A stretch of DNA of 64,000 nucleotides from a virus, in the IMG/VR virus record IMGVR_UViG_3300025881_000008, positions 40,075-104,074 of that record; one strand, 5' to 3'. Below are positions 7,914 through 18,094 of the stretch, one piece after another (position 1 is the stretch's first letter; each line of letters opens with the position of its first letter). The notes below the pieces were generated by a model that was given only the letters and a program-made list of their open reading frames with translations, was not told the origin of the DNA and searched no databases. Both the position numbers and the translations under genes were made by a program.

Positions 7914-9479
7914 TTACCAGACATAATCAAATGATTCAATCTGATTGATTCTATCTTTAATTGACTTAGCGTAGTTCTTAGCTTCTCTTTCGTAGTAAGA
8001 CTCTCTGTCGCCATATTGTTTTTCTGACTCTTCAGCCTGCCCAATATAACTAACATATCTATTATAATCGTCTAAGATGCTTGACATATGATTAGAAGCA
8101 TCTCTTAATCTAGCTTCGCTACCATTTGCTTTACGACCAATGATAATATCTTCATAACGTCCTTTTTCACCTTTAGCTAAACCGTCTTTAATTTGAGTAG
8201 TTAGAGATTCAATAGCGTCTGCAACCATTTTGTCTAATGGTAAAGAAGCCGCTTTATTAGCTAAAATTTGGTGGTATCTGTCCATGTTCTCTTTCTTGAA
8301 GTCTTTATCTGACTTAAATGCGATTGCACCTTTTTTAGCATCAGCCCTTGAGGCTCTTTCAGCTTCAGCAGAATATTTCTGTCTTAAAAGTGCCATGTTT
8401 AAAACAATAGCTCTATCTGCAACTTCGGCAATTCTTTTTACGTTATAAAGACCTGTTCCGTCCCATCCTTTGTACTTTTTAGAAATACCAACTGAATCAG
8501 ACTCGCTACCTTTAGTTAATTTATATTGTTTATCATATTTACCCCAAGATTTAGTGTAAAATGCATTTTCACCAGAAGCAACCGCTAATAAGTAGCCTTC
8601 GCCTGGGATTGTTTTATGATCATACCATGCATCACTAGGTGCATATGGATTTTCTTTTGGTACATCAGACACATAGAAAATAATTGAATCCACTTGCTTA
8701 TTTTTATAAGCAGTCTCTGGATTAACTACTAAAATATCTTCGTCTTCAACAAGGTCCATTTTAATTTTAGCTGTACCATAAAATGCTTTCGCTAAAGTAG
8801 CGTCGAATTTAGCGCCTTTAGTTCTAAATAAACTAGCAAGCATACTAGACTTAAATGCTTCGGTAACTAATTCTTTTGATTTATTCGTGGTGTTTAGTGA
8901 ATTTACAAAGTCACCAAAACTTTCAAATACAAAGTTTGTTTTCATGTTATTATTTGTTTTATTTTCTTTTACTAATTTTGGATTCTTATTAAGAAGTTCT
9001 TCCATGTCTAATTCTGACAAGGCCATAAAACTATCTTCACCATATTTTTTAGCTAGTTTATCAGCTAACTTGATATCTATTACTCTTGCCACTTGACTGT
9101 AATCTAATGTTGCAACGCCAAACTCTCCAAAAATCTCTTCAGCTCTTGCGTTTGCAATTTTAAAGGGAGTTGCTTTTTCATTAATATCTATAGTAGTTGT
9201 TAATTCATTTAGAATTTTCTTACCCGTTTTAGAAAGTGTGATACCCTCTTCACTAACATTAAAATAAGTAGCGTTTCTTTTAATCCATCTCGTACTATCA
9301 ACTGTCATCTCTTTTAAAATAGTATCAAACTCTTCTTTAGTAAGTTTACCATCTTTAATAGCTTCTAAAACTTTATTTCTAATTCTAGCAGCCTTGCCAA
9401 CTTTAACAGCTGGGTAGTTTTCAGTATATTTTCTTTTGACAGTGATGTGTCTTTCTTCTATTGGTTGATTATTATCCAT
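7914..9479 (-). CDS. Hypothetical multidomain protein, probably head-internal
   Basis: 521-aa ORF with an internal MKTNFVFESFGDFV motif and INE/VTE sites. Confidence 0.6.
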   Translation of the reverse strand: MDNNQPIEERHITVKRKYTENYPAVKVGKAARIRNKVLEAIKDGKLTKEEFDTILKEMTVDSTRWIKRNATYFNVSEEGITLSKTGKKILNELTTTIDINEKATPFKIANARAEEIFGEFGVATLDYSQVARVIDIKLADKLAKKYGEDSFMALSELDMEELLNKNPKLVKENKTNNNMKTNFVFESFGDFVNSLNTTNKSKELVTEAFKSSMLASLFRTKGAKFDATLAKAFYGTAKIKMDLVEDEDILVVNPETAYKNKQVDSIIFYVSDVPKENPYAPSDAWYDHKTIPGEGYLLAVASGENAFYTKSWGKYDKQYKLTKGSESDSVGISKKYKGWDGTGLYNVKRIAEVADRAIVLNMALLRQKYSAEAERASRADAKKGAIAFKSDKDFKKENMDRYHQILANKAASLPLDKMVADAIESLTTQIKDGLAKGEKGRYEDIIIGRKANGSEARLRDASNHMSSILDDYNRYVSYIGQAEESEKQYGDRESYYEREAKNYAKSIKDRINQIESFDYVW

Positions 9480-9490
9480 TTTTTGATATA

Positions 9491-9901
9491 TTATTTCTTA
9501 ATCTTTGCTAAATGACCGTTTGTTTCTTCATACTGGAATGAGAACTTAGACTTTGCATAAAGAGTTCCCATTGAGAACGATACTAATACACCATCTGGTT
9601 TTTTCATAGCAGTGTTGTATGCGTCAGTTGCAGAGGCCTCGTCATCAAATACACCGATGTATTGTTTTGAGCCAGCAGAACCAATTGTATATCCTGCTTC
9701 TAATCTAATTCTTTGACCATAAAAATCTGCAGAATTATGGGCAAATACTAAGTATTTAGTCTCACCTTTTTCTGGTAGATTATCGGCATGCTCACCGAAT
9801 TCAGTTCTAGAATTATAGTGATAAGACCCAAATTGAATAGATTCATCTACTGATATGTTATTGGCTTCTGTAAAACTTTCAAATGATTTTATATTCTTCA
9901 T
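9491..9901 (-). CDS. Hypothetical head-internal protein
   Basis: N-terminus MKNIKSFESFTE. Confidence 0.6.
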   Translation of the reverse strand: MKNIKSFESFTEANNISVDESIQFGSYHYNSRTEFGEHADNLPEKGETKYLVFAHNSADFYGQRIRLEAGYTIGSAGSKQYIGVFDDEASATDAYNTAMKKPDGVLVSFSMGTLYAKSKFSFQYEETNGHLAKIKK

Positions 9902-9920
9902 TTTGGTGTATTATGTTTAT

Positions 9921-11768
9921 TTATATATTCTTAATAAATTGATCGAAGGTCATAACAGATTTTGACTCTGCCAAAACACCCATACTGTCTTCTAATTTAG
10001 ACTTTAATTCACCATACATGTTGTGTATCTCTTTAGGTGTTAGTTTCTTAAATAGCTTCTCATCACCATCTAGCATTGCATTTCTAACTTGCGTAGCTGA
10101 AATATTTTTACCAGTTCTTGGAATTTCAAAAAGACCAAAATCAGTCCTTACACCCAAGTCTTCTCTATATTCTGGTTTATCAACTTGATATGAATACGTT
10201 TTAAGTCTATCACTTCCAGTGCCCCATAATACGGGTTCATAACCATCGGCTCTCATTGTATTAAACATTAGGTCAATTGCTCCCCTGTCAATAATATAAA
10301 CCTTCTCAATTGGATATTTACCTTTTAGTTGGTTTAACATTTGAAGTTGAGTTTCTTCGTCGTATGGTCTAGAAAAAGCATCCTCTTTCTTTTTAGTTTT
10401 TGATTTAACTAGAAAAACAACTACCGGATAACCGTTTTGTTTATTAATAGTCTCAACTACTTTAGCATGGCCCAGCGTAAATGGTTGGAATCTACCAACG
10501 AACATGTTGACTGGTGTTTTACCTTGTTCTGGGTATTTAACTGTAAGCCCCTCTAAAACTGGACTAACTTCATGTTGAAGTTTTTGGTTAACTAAATATG
10601 TTTTAAATGTCATAACGTCATTTTCATTTGTTTTTGCCATTACAATGCCTTCTATAGTTTCAACTATTTCATTGATTTGGTTCATTAAGTCAGTGTTAAT
10701 AATGTCTGTTTCTCTAGTTCTCTTCTTTCTAAAACTACCTAACGCAATTTTAAATAACTCTGCCAAAACTTTATTTTGAATTAATGATATTGTTTTTTCA
10801 TCTTTAATAAATGTACGATTAAGATCAAATCCTTTGTTGTCTGAGAAATCAGCTGAATCAAAATTAGCTCCAATATATTTAGAGGCATTCTTTTCAATGT
10901 ATGCATTAAATATATTTGAGATTAATTCAATATATCTAAGGTCTGACTCTTCTTCTGATATTTCAATAGCTAATAAATCATAGTTAGTAATAAATTCTAC
11001 TAGATCTAAAATTGAAATCTGATACATGTCAGATGGACTTCTTTCCTCTTGTGGTTTTCTATCAAATCTCTCTAGCTTAAAACTCTTAATGTTTTTACCT
11101 TCGTAGAAATTGATTATTAACCCATCAATATCTTTATCTAGTGTAAAGTTTAACGCAGGAGTATTAAGGCCATTATTAAATATATTGTATATTGTTCTAG
11201 TAAATGATTGTGATTCAAACTTAGTTATGAAGTCTTGATCAGATGTGTTTAGAAGCGATATAAGGTCGTCCTTTTGATTAGATTGTAGTTTACCTTCAAA
11301 TACAATTGGCGGTCTCTGAACTCCTAATTTATCCGCCCATTTGTTTAGAACCTGTGGATCTCTAATTACTTTTTTAATTTGAGTAGGATCATTTGGGTTT
11401 AATACTTGTATATGTGTTAGGATTAAGTGGTTTTTAGGTAGTACATCATATTCAATGCTTACCGTTTTATTATCCAACATGTAGTCAAAGCCGAATTTCC
11501 AATCTAATGGCATCTCTTCGGTAACTTCTTTTAATATTGTTGAAAAATATTTAATACCATTTTCATAGTATTTAACCATGGTTCTATCTACTCTATCCAT
11601 CTGGTATTTAGAACCGCTTTTATAATAGTTAAAGCCTGTATCGGTTCTTTTAACATGAAATGAAGATGCTTGAATCTTTTCAGATACAACGCATGTCAGG
11701 TCCAACATAGCCAAAAAGTCATTGGTATTAGTTGATTCAAAATATGTTCTTAAGTTTTGTAAAGCCAT
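9921..11768 (-). CDS. Degenerate ligase-like N-domain fused to an HxGH-type nucleotidyltransferase (cytidyltransferase/NMNAT-like)
   Basis: C-domain FVGRFQPFTLGH, GTGSDR and ISATQVR. N-domain SEKIQASS ... DGLII ... FKL. Confidence 0.75.
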   Translation of the reverse strand: MALQNLRTYFESTNTNDFLAMLDLTCVVSEKIQASSFHVKRTDTGFNYYKSGSKYQMDRVDRTMVKYYENGIKYFSTILKEVTEEMPLDWKFGFDYMLDNKTVSIEYDVLPKNHLILTHIQVLNPNDPTQIKKVIRDPQVLNKWADKLGVQRPPIVFEGKLQSNQKDDLISLLNTSDQDFITKFESQSFTRTIYNIFNNGLNTPALNFTLDKDIDGLIINFYEGKNIKSFKLERFDRKPQEERSPSDMYQISILDLVEFITNYDLLAIEISEEESDLRYIELISNIFNAYIEKNASKYIGANFDSADFSDNKGFDLNRTFIKDEKTISLIQNKVLAELFKIALGSFRKKRTRETDIINTDLMNQINEIVETIEGIVMAKTNENDVMTFKTYLVNQKLQHEVSPVLEGLTVKYPEQGKTPVNMFVGRFQPFTLGHAKVVETINKQNGYPVVVFLVKSKTKKKEDAFSRPYDEETQLQMLNQLKGKYPIEKVYIIDRGAIDLMFNTMRADGYEPVLWGTGSDRLKTYSYQVDKPEYREDLGVRTDFGLFEIPRTGKNISATQVRNAMLDGDEKLFKKLTPKEIHNMYGELKSKLEDSMGVLAESKSVMTFDQFIKNI

Positions 11769-11778
11769 GTTGTGTTGT

Positions 11779-13065
11779 TTATCTTCCGTACTTAATAATA
11801 CCCATAAGCTGGTTAATTGCAGCGAATGTTCCTGTTAACTTAAATGTCTTGCCTTTATAAACAAAGACAATCCCTTCAGTTGGCATAATTGAATCAATTC
11901 CACCTATTCTTTCTAATCTAGCTAATTCAGCTTCAACTTTTTGTATCTGTTCGATTGATCCACCTTTTTTAATTTTATCAGCTTCGGTTCTAATTTGATT
12001 ATGTAATCTTTGCATTTCAGCATCTGGTGACGCAGCAACAAAATTAGAAGCGTTTTTTAGAATAATAGAACCTAGTTCTAAGAATAGATCTTCAAACGGT
12101 CTAATATTCTCTTTGTATTTCTTAGCAACATCTTCTTTGTCAAATTTCTTAATAATAGCTGCCTTGTCTTTTCCAAGTTCTTTGTCTAAAGATCTTAAAT
12201 TAAGGGTCTTTTTATCTCCATATGCCCATCTTAATAATAAACCTTCTTTAAAGTCTTGTGTTAAATCTGGGAAATTTGAATCTATAGTTTCCCTCCACCA
12301 CATTTCATGATAGCGGCTAACTTCATCAGCGTCTGTCAAATTATATTTGTCGCGGAGCGCTTCAACCTTCTTAATAAATTTATTTTTATTTTCTTCAAAA
12401 TTAAGGTCCTTACCTAATTTAATTATTTGAGGTGGAATTATAGTAAATGTTTTACCGACATTTGCTTTAACAGACTCTAAGGCTTTTGCTATTACTGATG
12501 CAGGTTTATTATCTTCACCAATTATATTACCATTACCATCTGTCTTTTTTATACCATGAAATTGAATAATATCTCTATCATAATAGATTACATTTGGATT
12601 TTTAGAATAGATCAATTCCATGTTCATCCAATTGAGTCCATTTTCAAATACTTCTTGTTGAACTTTAGCTGGTAATTTAATCAACGCATTGGCTAAATCT
12701 TCTGCAGCAAACTTAAAAGTTTCTTCAACCATTGCAGATGCATGTCCATCAAATTTTTGCTTAAACGTTTGAAGATCCATTGGTGTTATAAGTTCACCCT
12801 TGTTACGAGCAAATTTAACCTCACCATCTTGAATAGTTGCAAATACATTTTGTCCATCTGTTTTTTCAGTAGCGTCCTCTTCAAAATTAAGTTCACCACT
12901 TAAACCAGCTTCTATAAGAGCTTTGAAATCTGTAAATGTTAATGACTTATCATCAAATGGATGTGCCATATGACCGGCAGCCCCGCCTTCTAAAATTAAA
13001 GCTTCTTTTATATTTGAATGTAATTTTTCAGTTACAAACTGTTCAAAATTATGGTAGATCTTCAT
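11779..13065 (-). CDS. ATP-dependent RNA-ligase-fold protein (DUF6267-like)
   Basis: GHMAHPFD, motif I TEKTDGQN, FARNKG, MELIY, motif IV EGIVF and motif V FKLTG; N-terminal MKIYHNFEQFVTE. Confidence 0.65.
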   Translation of the reverse strand: MKIYHNFEQFVTEKLHSNIKEALILEGGAAGHMAHPFDDKSLTFTDFKALIEAGLSGELNFEEDATEKTDGQNVFATIQDGEVKFARNKGELITPMDLQTFKQKFDGHASAMVEETFKFAAEDLANALIKLPAKVQQEVFENGLNWMNMELIYSKNPNVIYYDRDIIQFHGIKKTDGNGNIIGEDNKPASVIAKALESVKANVGKTFTIIPPQIIKLGKDLNFEENKNKFIKKVEALRDKYNLTDADEVSRYHEMWWRETIDSNFPDLTQDFKEGLLLRWAYGDKKTLNLRSLDKELGKDKAAIIKKFDKEDVAKKYKENIRPFEDLFLELGSIILKNASNFVAASPDAEMQRLHNQIRTEADKIKKGGSIEQIQKVEAELARLERIGGIDSIMPTEGIVFVYKGKTFKLTGTFAAINQLMGIIKYGR

Positions 13066-13089
13066 AATGTATATATTGTAATTTAATTA

Positions 13090-14817
13090 TTAGCCTAATG
13101 AGCTAGTCAGCATACCGACTGCTACGCCATAATCACCCTTAGATTTAGCTAAGATGCCATCAATTACTTTTTTTGCTTTAGCCTCATCAAATTCTTCACC
13201 AAATGCTTTTTGTAAAACCGTGGTTGCATATTCGTTAAATTCTTCATCAGATTTAACTTCAGCTTCGTTTACTTTAGATTCAACAATTGCTTTAACATCT
13301 TTTAGTTTGATGCTTTCGCTGTCAATGTAATCCATTGCCATACCTACTAAATCATCTGAATCTAGATCGTACTTGTCTTCTGCATAATATTCATCGTCCA
13401 TTAATAAATCATCACAAATATCTCTTAAAGTATCTGCATCTTGGTCATAAAGAAAATCTTCAATTTTGTTTAATTCAGACTTAGATAGTTTTTCGTTAAC
13501 TACTGATTCTTCGATATATTCAGCTAGATCTGCATCAGCCCATCCTAATTCTTCATCAGCTAATACTGCTTCAAGATCTTTTCTCTTACCTTGCATTGTG
13601 ATAACTGGAGTTCCGCCACCTGGACCGTCCATCTTTTTATCAATAATAGTAACCTTGTGTTTCTTTAAGAATTTTAAAAAGTCTTTATCATCTGGATCCA
13701 TTGCATCCATTTCAACAGTTGCTTCACATAAAATATCAGCGTTTTCAATAACAATACTTTCGTTAAAGAATCCATTAAATGCGTTCAATAAAGATTGACC
13801 CGCTGCCTCTTGTTTAATTTGCTCTAAGTAAAGTGCAGTACCTTCAACGATACCGATACCTGACCATCCTGCTGCGTTAGCAATATCAGAATAGTATTTG
13901 TCTAGTACTCTCTTAACTGTAGTTGCACCGATCTTAATAAAGTGATTACCTAAACCTGGCATTTTAACTTCAAAGGTACTAATAGAACCTTTAATATTTT
14001 TAGAGATTGCAAATCCTTCTCTTGAGAAGTTAGCATCTTCCATTGCCATTTCAAATAAGTACTTAATACATCCTAATACTGATTCATTTGACATTGCACC
14101 CAAGTCAGTTAGTTTTTTTGCAAACAAGTTATTGTAAACTGTAACAACTTTCTTAGCATCTCTCTTGTATTTTACCTGAATCGCCTCATTTACTGAAACA
14201 GAAACAGATTCAAATGCTGGATATAAGTCATCATAGCCATTGCCATAAATATCAGCCATTAACCATTGCTTGTTAGCTTCGTCCCAAAGGTAAACGAATT
14301 CTGCGCTGCTATTGGTAGCTACATCTCTCAAATATTTAGAAACGTTAGCGATTGAACCCTTTGAAGGTGTCATTGCATTTTTATCTCCGTAAAAATTCAT
14401 CTTATCAATACTATCTTCTAAACCTGAACAATCTCCCTTTGCAATAACAGCATCAACTGCTTTTGGGTTTTTAAAAGATTTCTTAATAATAGGTAACATG
14501 TTTTCTGGATAAGAATCGTAATGTGTATAAATTGAAGTGATATTACCTTTCTTATCTATTTTACCAAATTGACCTCTTGTGCCCTCTTCGATAAGTGTAA
14601 CTGCTTCGTTAATTTCAGCACCTCTTAATCTATTAAAAAATTCTGATCTTTGCTCTTCTGTCAATTCTTTGATTGAAGCTACTTTAAATTCAGATAAGAG
14701 TGCTTTAAAAGCCTCTGCTTCATTAGTTCTTTTTACGATCTTTTCTTCTTCTAAGTGTCTAGTTTGAGAAATCTTTGCTTCGGTAGCAAATTGATCAAAT
14801 GATTTTAACTTTTGCAT
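13090..14817 (-). CDS. Acidic multidomain probable head-internal protein
   Basis: MQKLKSFDQF start; TR..FG...IYTHYDSYP phage domain; domains separated by xNE sites. Confidence 0.6.
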   Translation of the reverse strand: MQKLKSFDQFATEAKISQTRHLEEEKIVKRTNEAEAFKALLSEFKVASIKELTEEQRSEFFNRLRGAEINEAVTLIEEGTRGQFGKIDKKGNITSIYTHYDSYPENMLPIIKKSFKNPKAVDAVIAKGDCSGLEDSIDKMNFYGDKNAMTPSKGSIANVSKYLRDVATNSSAEFVYLWDEANKQWLMADIYGNGYDDLYPAFESVSVSVNEAIQVKYKRDAKKVVTVYNNLFAKKLTDLGAMSNESVLGCIKYLFEMAMEDANFSREGFAISKNIKGSISTFEVKMPGLGNHFIKIGATTVKRVLDKYYSDIANAAGWSGIGIVEGTALYLEQIKQEAAGQSLLNAFNGFFNESIVIENADILCEATVEMDAMDPDDKDFLKFLKKHKVTIIDKKMDGPGGGTPVITMQGKRKDLEAVLADEELGWADADLAEYIEESVVNEKLSKSELNKIEDFLYDQDADTLRDICDDLLMDDEYYAEDKYDLDSDDLVGMAMDYIDSESIKLKDVKAIVESKVNEAEVKSDEEFNEYATTVLQKAFGEEFDEAKAKKVIDGILAKSKGDYGVAVGMLTSSLG

Positions 14818-14850
14818 ATTATTGTTTTATTTTTATATGTTATTATTTTA

Positions 14851-16359
14851 TTATATATCTCCTTCAAAATCGACATTTTTAATATCGTATTTGAATTTCT
14901 GTTCTCTATAGATGCGTTGACGCTCCTTTGCATGTCGCATTAAATAATTATCCCAGTCCTGAGAAGATAAATCATCTACAAAATCAATAATATTAACAGA
15001 GTCCTTTGAGCTATGTTGTCTCAGACCTCTACCAATTGATTGTCTAATAATTACCTCTGATTTAAATGATTCTGTAAAGAAGATGTTATGTATTTTCTTA
15101 ATCGAGATACCCGTAGAGAAGGTACCGTATGAAGCGACTATGACGACATCTTCACCTGCCTCCATTTTTTTCTTATGTTCTTCGCGAATATCTTGATCAA
15201 TACCTCCATCAACATAGTAAACTGTTTTATCACTTTCTCTGCGAAGTTTTTCATATATTTTTTTACCATGCTCAATGCGATGGAAAAGGACGAGACTATT
15301 ACCGCGTACTCTGGAAATAATACTAGTAATAAAGTTAAGGCGGCCTGGTGAATTGATAACATAATTCTGCTCAAACTTAAAAACATCTTTGCTTTCATAT
15401 CTGTTTTGGGACATTTCTCTAAACGCATCTTTAGTAGATTGCGGAGCATAGTCCATTTTTATAATTTTTACTTTACATCCTGCGATATGCCCCTCATTTT
15501 GTAGATAGTTTGCACTAATCTCTGTAATTAATGGACCTGTATATGCCATAAGTGTTAGCCTATCTAATGTACCTTCTTTTGGTATAGTACCAGATAAACC
15601 ATACTTGTATTCTGCGTTAACACATTTTTGTAAGATGGTTTTAATAGAAGCTGATTTTGCTTTGTGGGTTTCATCGACAATAACTGCGTCGAATTGTTCA
15701 AAATATGCCTTTTCTTTTTTAACAAGAGACTGATATGTACCGATAATAACATTTCTACCTGGCCTAATTTTTTGGCCGCTATAAATCTGCTGTACTTTAA
15801 TATCTATTGCATTCCTGTAATTATAATCTAGGAAATCTTCGCTAGCCTGTACAACCAAAGAAACATTGGGCACGATGAATAGTATTTTTCCTGCCTTTTG
15901 CTTTTCTAGTAGATATGCAACTGTTAAAAAAGAGATGAGTGTTTTACCAGCAGAAGTTGCCAATTCACTTAAACATCTTTTAAATTTTAGAATATTGAAT
16001 GCAGCCTCTATTTGATAGTCTCTCGGGGTAATTTCTGATTTTTCAAAGAAATCAATTGCCCATTGGGTAAACTTTTCTTGATTAATATTGGTATCGAATA
16101 TTTCTGTAATACCTTCGAGTTTAAACTCAAATTTATAGTCCTTGCATATACCCATGACTTCTCTCCATAGACCGGAAGGAATCCACTTATCATCTTTAAT
16201 ATAGGAAACATAACCGTCCCACAACCCTTTTTTAACTAAGGGGTTGAAACGCCATGACTCAATCCTCTTATTAAGAGAAATATTGAGTTGTTCTAATTCT
16301 AATTCAGTTGCTACATCAATACGAAGCAACTGTTTGTTTTCAGTTAAACTAAGCTCCAC
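14851..16359 (-). CDS. uvsW: UvsW-like SF2 DNA helicase
   Basis: PRDYQ, ATSAGKT, VDETH, GLSGT, ASYGTFSTGISIK and QSIGRGLR. Confidence 0.93.
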   Translation of the reverse strand: MELSLTENKQLLRIDVATELELEQLNISLNKRIESWRFNPLVKKGLWDGYVSYIKDDKWIPSGLWREVMGICKDYKFEFKLEGITEIFDTNINQEKFTQWAIDFFEKSEITPRDYQIEAAFNILKFKRCLSELATSAGKTLISFLTVAYLLEKQKAGKILFIVPNVSLVVQASEDFLDYNYRNAIDIKVQQIYSGQKIRPGRNVIIGTYQSLVKKEKAYFEQFDAVIVDETHKAKSASIKTILQKCVNAEYKYGLSGTIPKEGTLDRLTLMAYTGPLITEISANYLQNEGHIAGCKVKIIKMDYAPQSTKDAFREMSQNRYESKDVFKFEQNYVINSPGRLNFITSIISRVRGNSLVLFHRIEHGKKIYEKLRRESDKTVYYVDGGIDQDIREEHKKKMEAGEDVVIVASYGTFSTGISIKKIHNIFFTESFKSEVIIRQSIGRGLRQHSSKDSVNIIDFVDDLSSQDWDNYLMRHAKERQRIYREQKFKYDIKNVDFEGDI

Positions 16360-16384
16360 ATTGTTAGAGCATTTTTATTTTTCG

Positions 16385-16807
16385 TTATAGATCTTTTAAT
16401 GCAAGTCTATTACGAATGGCAAAGCCCATATTATCTAGGGTCTTAACCGAGTCTCTAAAGAATTCCACTTGGTTTTCTAAATGAGATAGTATCATATTTT
16501 CGTCGGCGAGGTCGGTTTCAATAAACTTCTCTTTTTGTTTTTCGCCTAATTTGTAATCGTATTCATAATATCTAATATACGCTTCTCGGTACCTGACATT
16601 AACTTTATTCTTTTGTTCCTTAACTTTCATATTTAAGTATGATATCTGCTCAACTAATGATTGGCGAGAAGAAAGAACTTCAGCAATAGTTTCCTCCATG
16701 GTATTTAAGTTTCTTAAACTCTGAGATAGCCCTTTAATAATATTGGTCCACTCTGTTCTTTGACTACTTAATTTCCTATCTAATGCTAATATATTCTCTT
16801 TGCTCAT
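16385..16807 (-). CDS. uvsY: UvsY recombination mediator
   Basis: 140-aa helical protein next to uvsW; Y..YY region and C-terminal MGFAIRN, like T4 RGFAIKH. Confidence 0.75.
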   Translation of the reverse strand: MSKENILALDRKLSSQRTEWTNIIKGLSQSLRNLNTMEETIAEVLSSRQSLVEQISYLNMKVKEQKNKVNVRYREAYIRYYEYDYKLGEKQKEKFIETDLADENMILSHLENQVEFFRDSVKTLDNMGFAIRNRLALKDL

Positions 16808-16808
16808 A

Positions 16809-17030
16809 CTAAAATAATGATTTCTTGCTAGGATCTGGTTTGATAAACTTAGAGATTATTTGTCTCTTTTTAAATTTGGGTTTTGGAAACTCTATATCTG
16901 GTGAATTAACTGTAAGATCTAATGGTTGAAAATCAATTAAGAGTTTCATACCTTTAAATCTATCACTGTCTCTTTGAAAATCGTCTAAGTTGTCTTCAAC
17001 CATATTACTAATATCTTCTATACGTACCAT
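16809..17030 (-). CDS. Hypothetical protein
   Basis: ORF tightly packed between primase and uvsY. Confidence 0.55.
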   Translation of the reverse strand: MVRIEDISNMVEDNLDDFQRDSDRFKGMKLLIDFQPLDLTVNSPDIEFPKPKFKKRQIISKFIKPDPSKKSLF

Positions 17031-18094
17031 AGATCCAATTGACTTGATGTGAAATATTGATCGATCTTTTTGTGAGCGTTGATTTTAAGCTCAAAACATT
17101 TCAATATTAAGTCATTTAGATCTTTAATATTATATGTATCTAGCTTATTTTCCTTAAGAAATTTAGACCACATAAATACTGGTCGTCCTTTCTTAAGCTT
17201 CTCAGCCATCTTCTTTTTACCTGTTACATCATTATCAAACATGTACCTGACTGTTGGTATCTCATCAAAATCATCTGTTGATCTACCAGCGGTAGCTAGC
17301 GCCAGTGAGTTGGTCATAAACTTAGCATCTAATGGCCCCTCGAACATTGTAATGGGTCTTTGAAAGTTTAATTGCATAATACCAAATAGTGTAGATATCT
17401 TGGTCAAGTTATTTAACTCATCATTTGTCATATCTAGTGGTTTACCCATTTCTTCATATATTTTAGGTAAATCATATGTTAGATATCTTTGACCATAACC
17501 TTTCATTCTACGTGTTTGTGCTCCTATAATTTTGTTATCAGTACTAAAGTTTAATATCCATAAACGATGTTCTTTTTCTGAATAAAGAAAATCATCTACT
17601 CTATTGTGGAGTAATCTTGCCTTTAATTGAAACCATATCCAGTCACCGGGTACTATCGGTTTTGCCTTAAAATGTTTTTTAAAGTCATCGATATCAATTG
17701 CTAAATTATGGATCTCTTCAAGACCTTGATGTTTTAAAACTGACTCGGGATTTACCTGTATCTTATTTTGTTGAATGTAGTCAATGACCAAAAAAGAGTC
17801 ATCGCTATTCGACATTTTAATATCATGATCCTTTAAAAAAGTATAAAGATTTGTGTGGTGGTTGCAGTTATAACAATGGTACTGTAATGTATCCCAGAAT
17901 ATGTTACCACGCTTGGCGGTATCATCTTTGTAGGAGTCGCCACAATAGGGACATGCAAGGGTTATTCGCCCATGCATGTCCTTTAGTAGCTTCTTGTTAG
18001 GTTCAGGATGTTTTTGAGATACTACTTCTTTAAGTGCATACCTTATTTTATCCTTTAACTCTTCAGTAAGTTGTATATTAGATGTCGAGGTCAT
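17018..18094 (-). CDS. DNA primase (T4 gp61-like)
   Basis: Zn finger CPYCGDS...HCYNC; TOPRIM FEGPLD, FDND and KDLND. Confidence 0.9.
   Translation of the reverse strand: MTSTSNIQLTEELKDKIRYALKEVVSQKHPEPNKKLLKDMHGRITLACPYCGDSYKDDTAKRGNIFWDTLQYHCYNCNHHTNLYTFLKDHDIKMSNSDDSFLVIDYIQQNKIQVNPESVLKHQGLEEIHNLAIDIDDFKKHFKAKPIVPGDWIWFQLKARLLHNRVDDFLYSEKEHRLWILNFSTDNKIIGAQTRRMKGYGQRYLTYDLPKIYEEMGKPLDMTNDELNNLTKISTLFGIMQLNFQRPITMFEGPLDAKFMTNSLALATAGRSTDDFDEIPTVRYMFDNDVTGKKKMAEKLKKGRPVFMWSKFLKENKLDTYNIKDLNDLILKCFELKINAHKKIDQYFTSSQLDLWYV

Noticed and set aside
9921-11768. Complete NAD reconstitution pathway (NARP1/NARP2)
   Set aside because: No Nampt/Namat or PRPP-synthetase-like partner in the window, and the substrate of the HxGH domain cannot be fixed from sequence.
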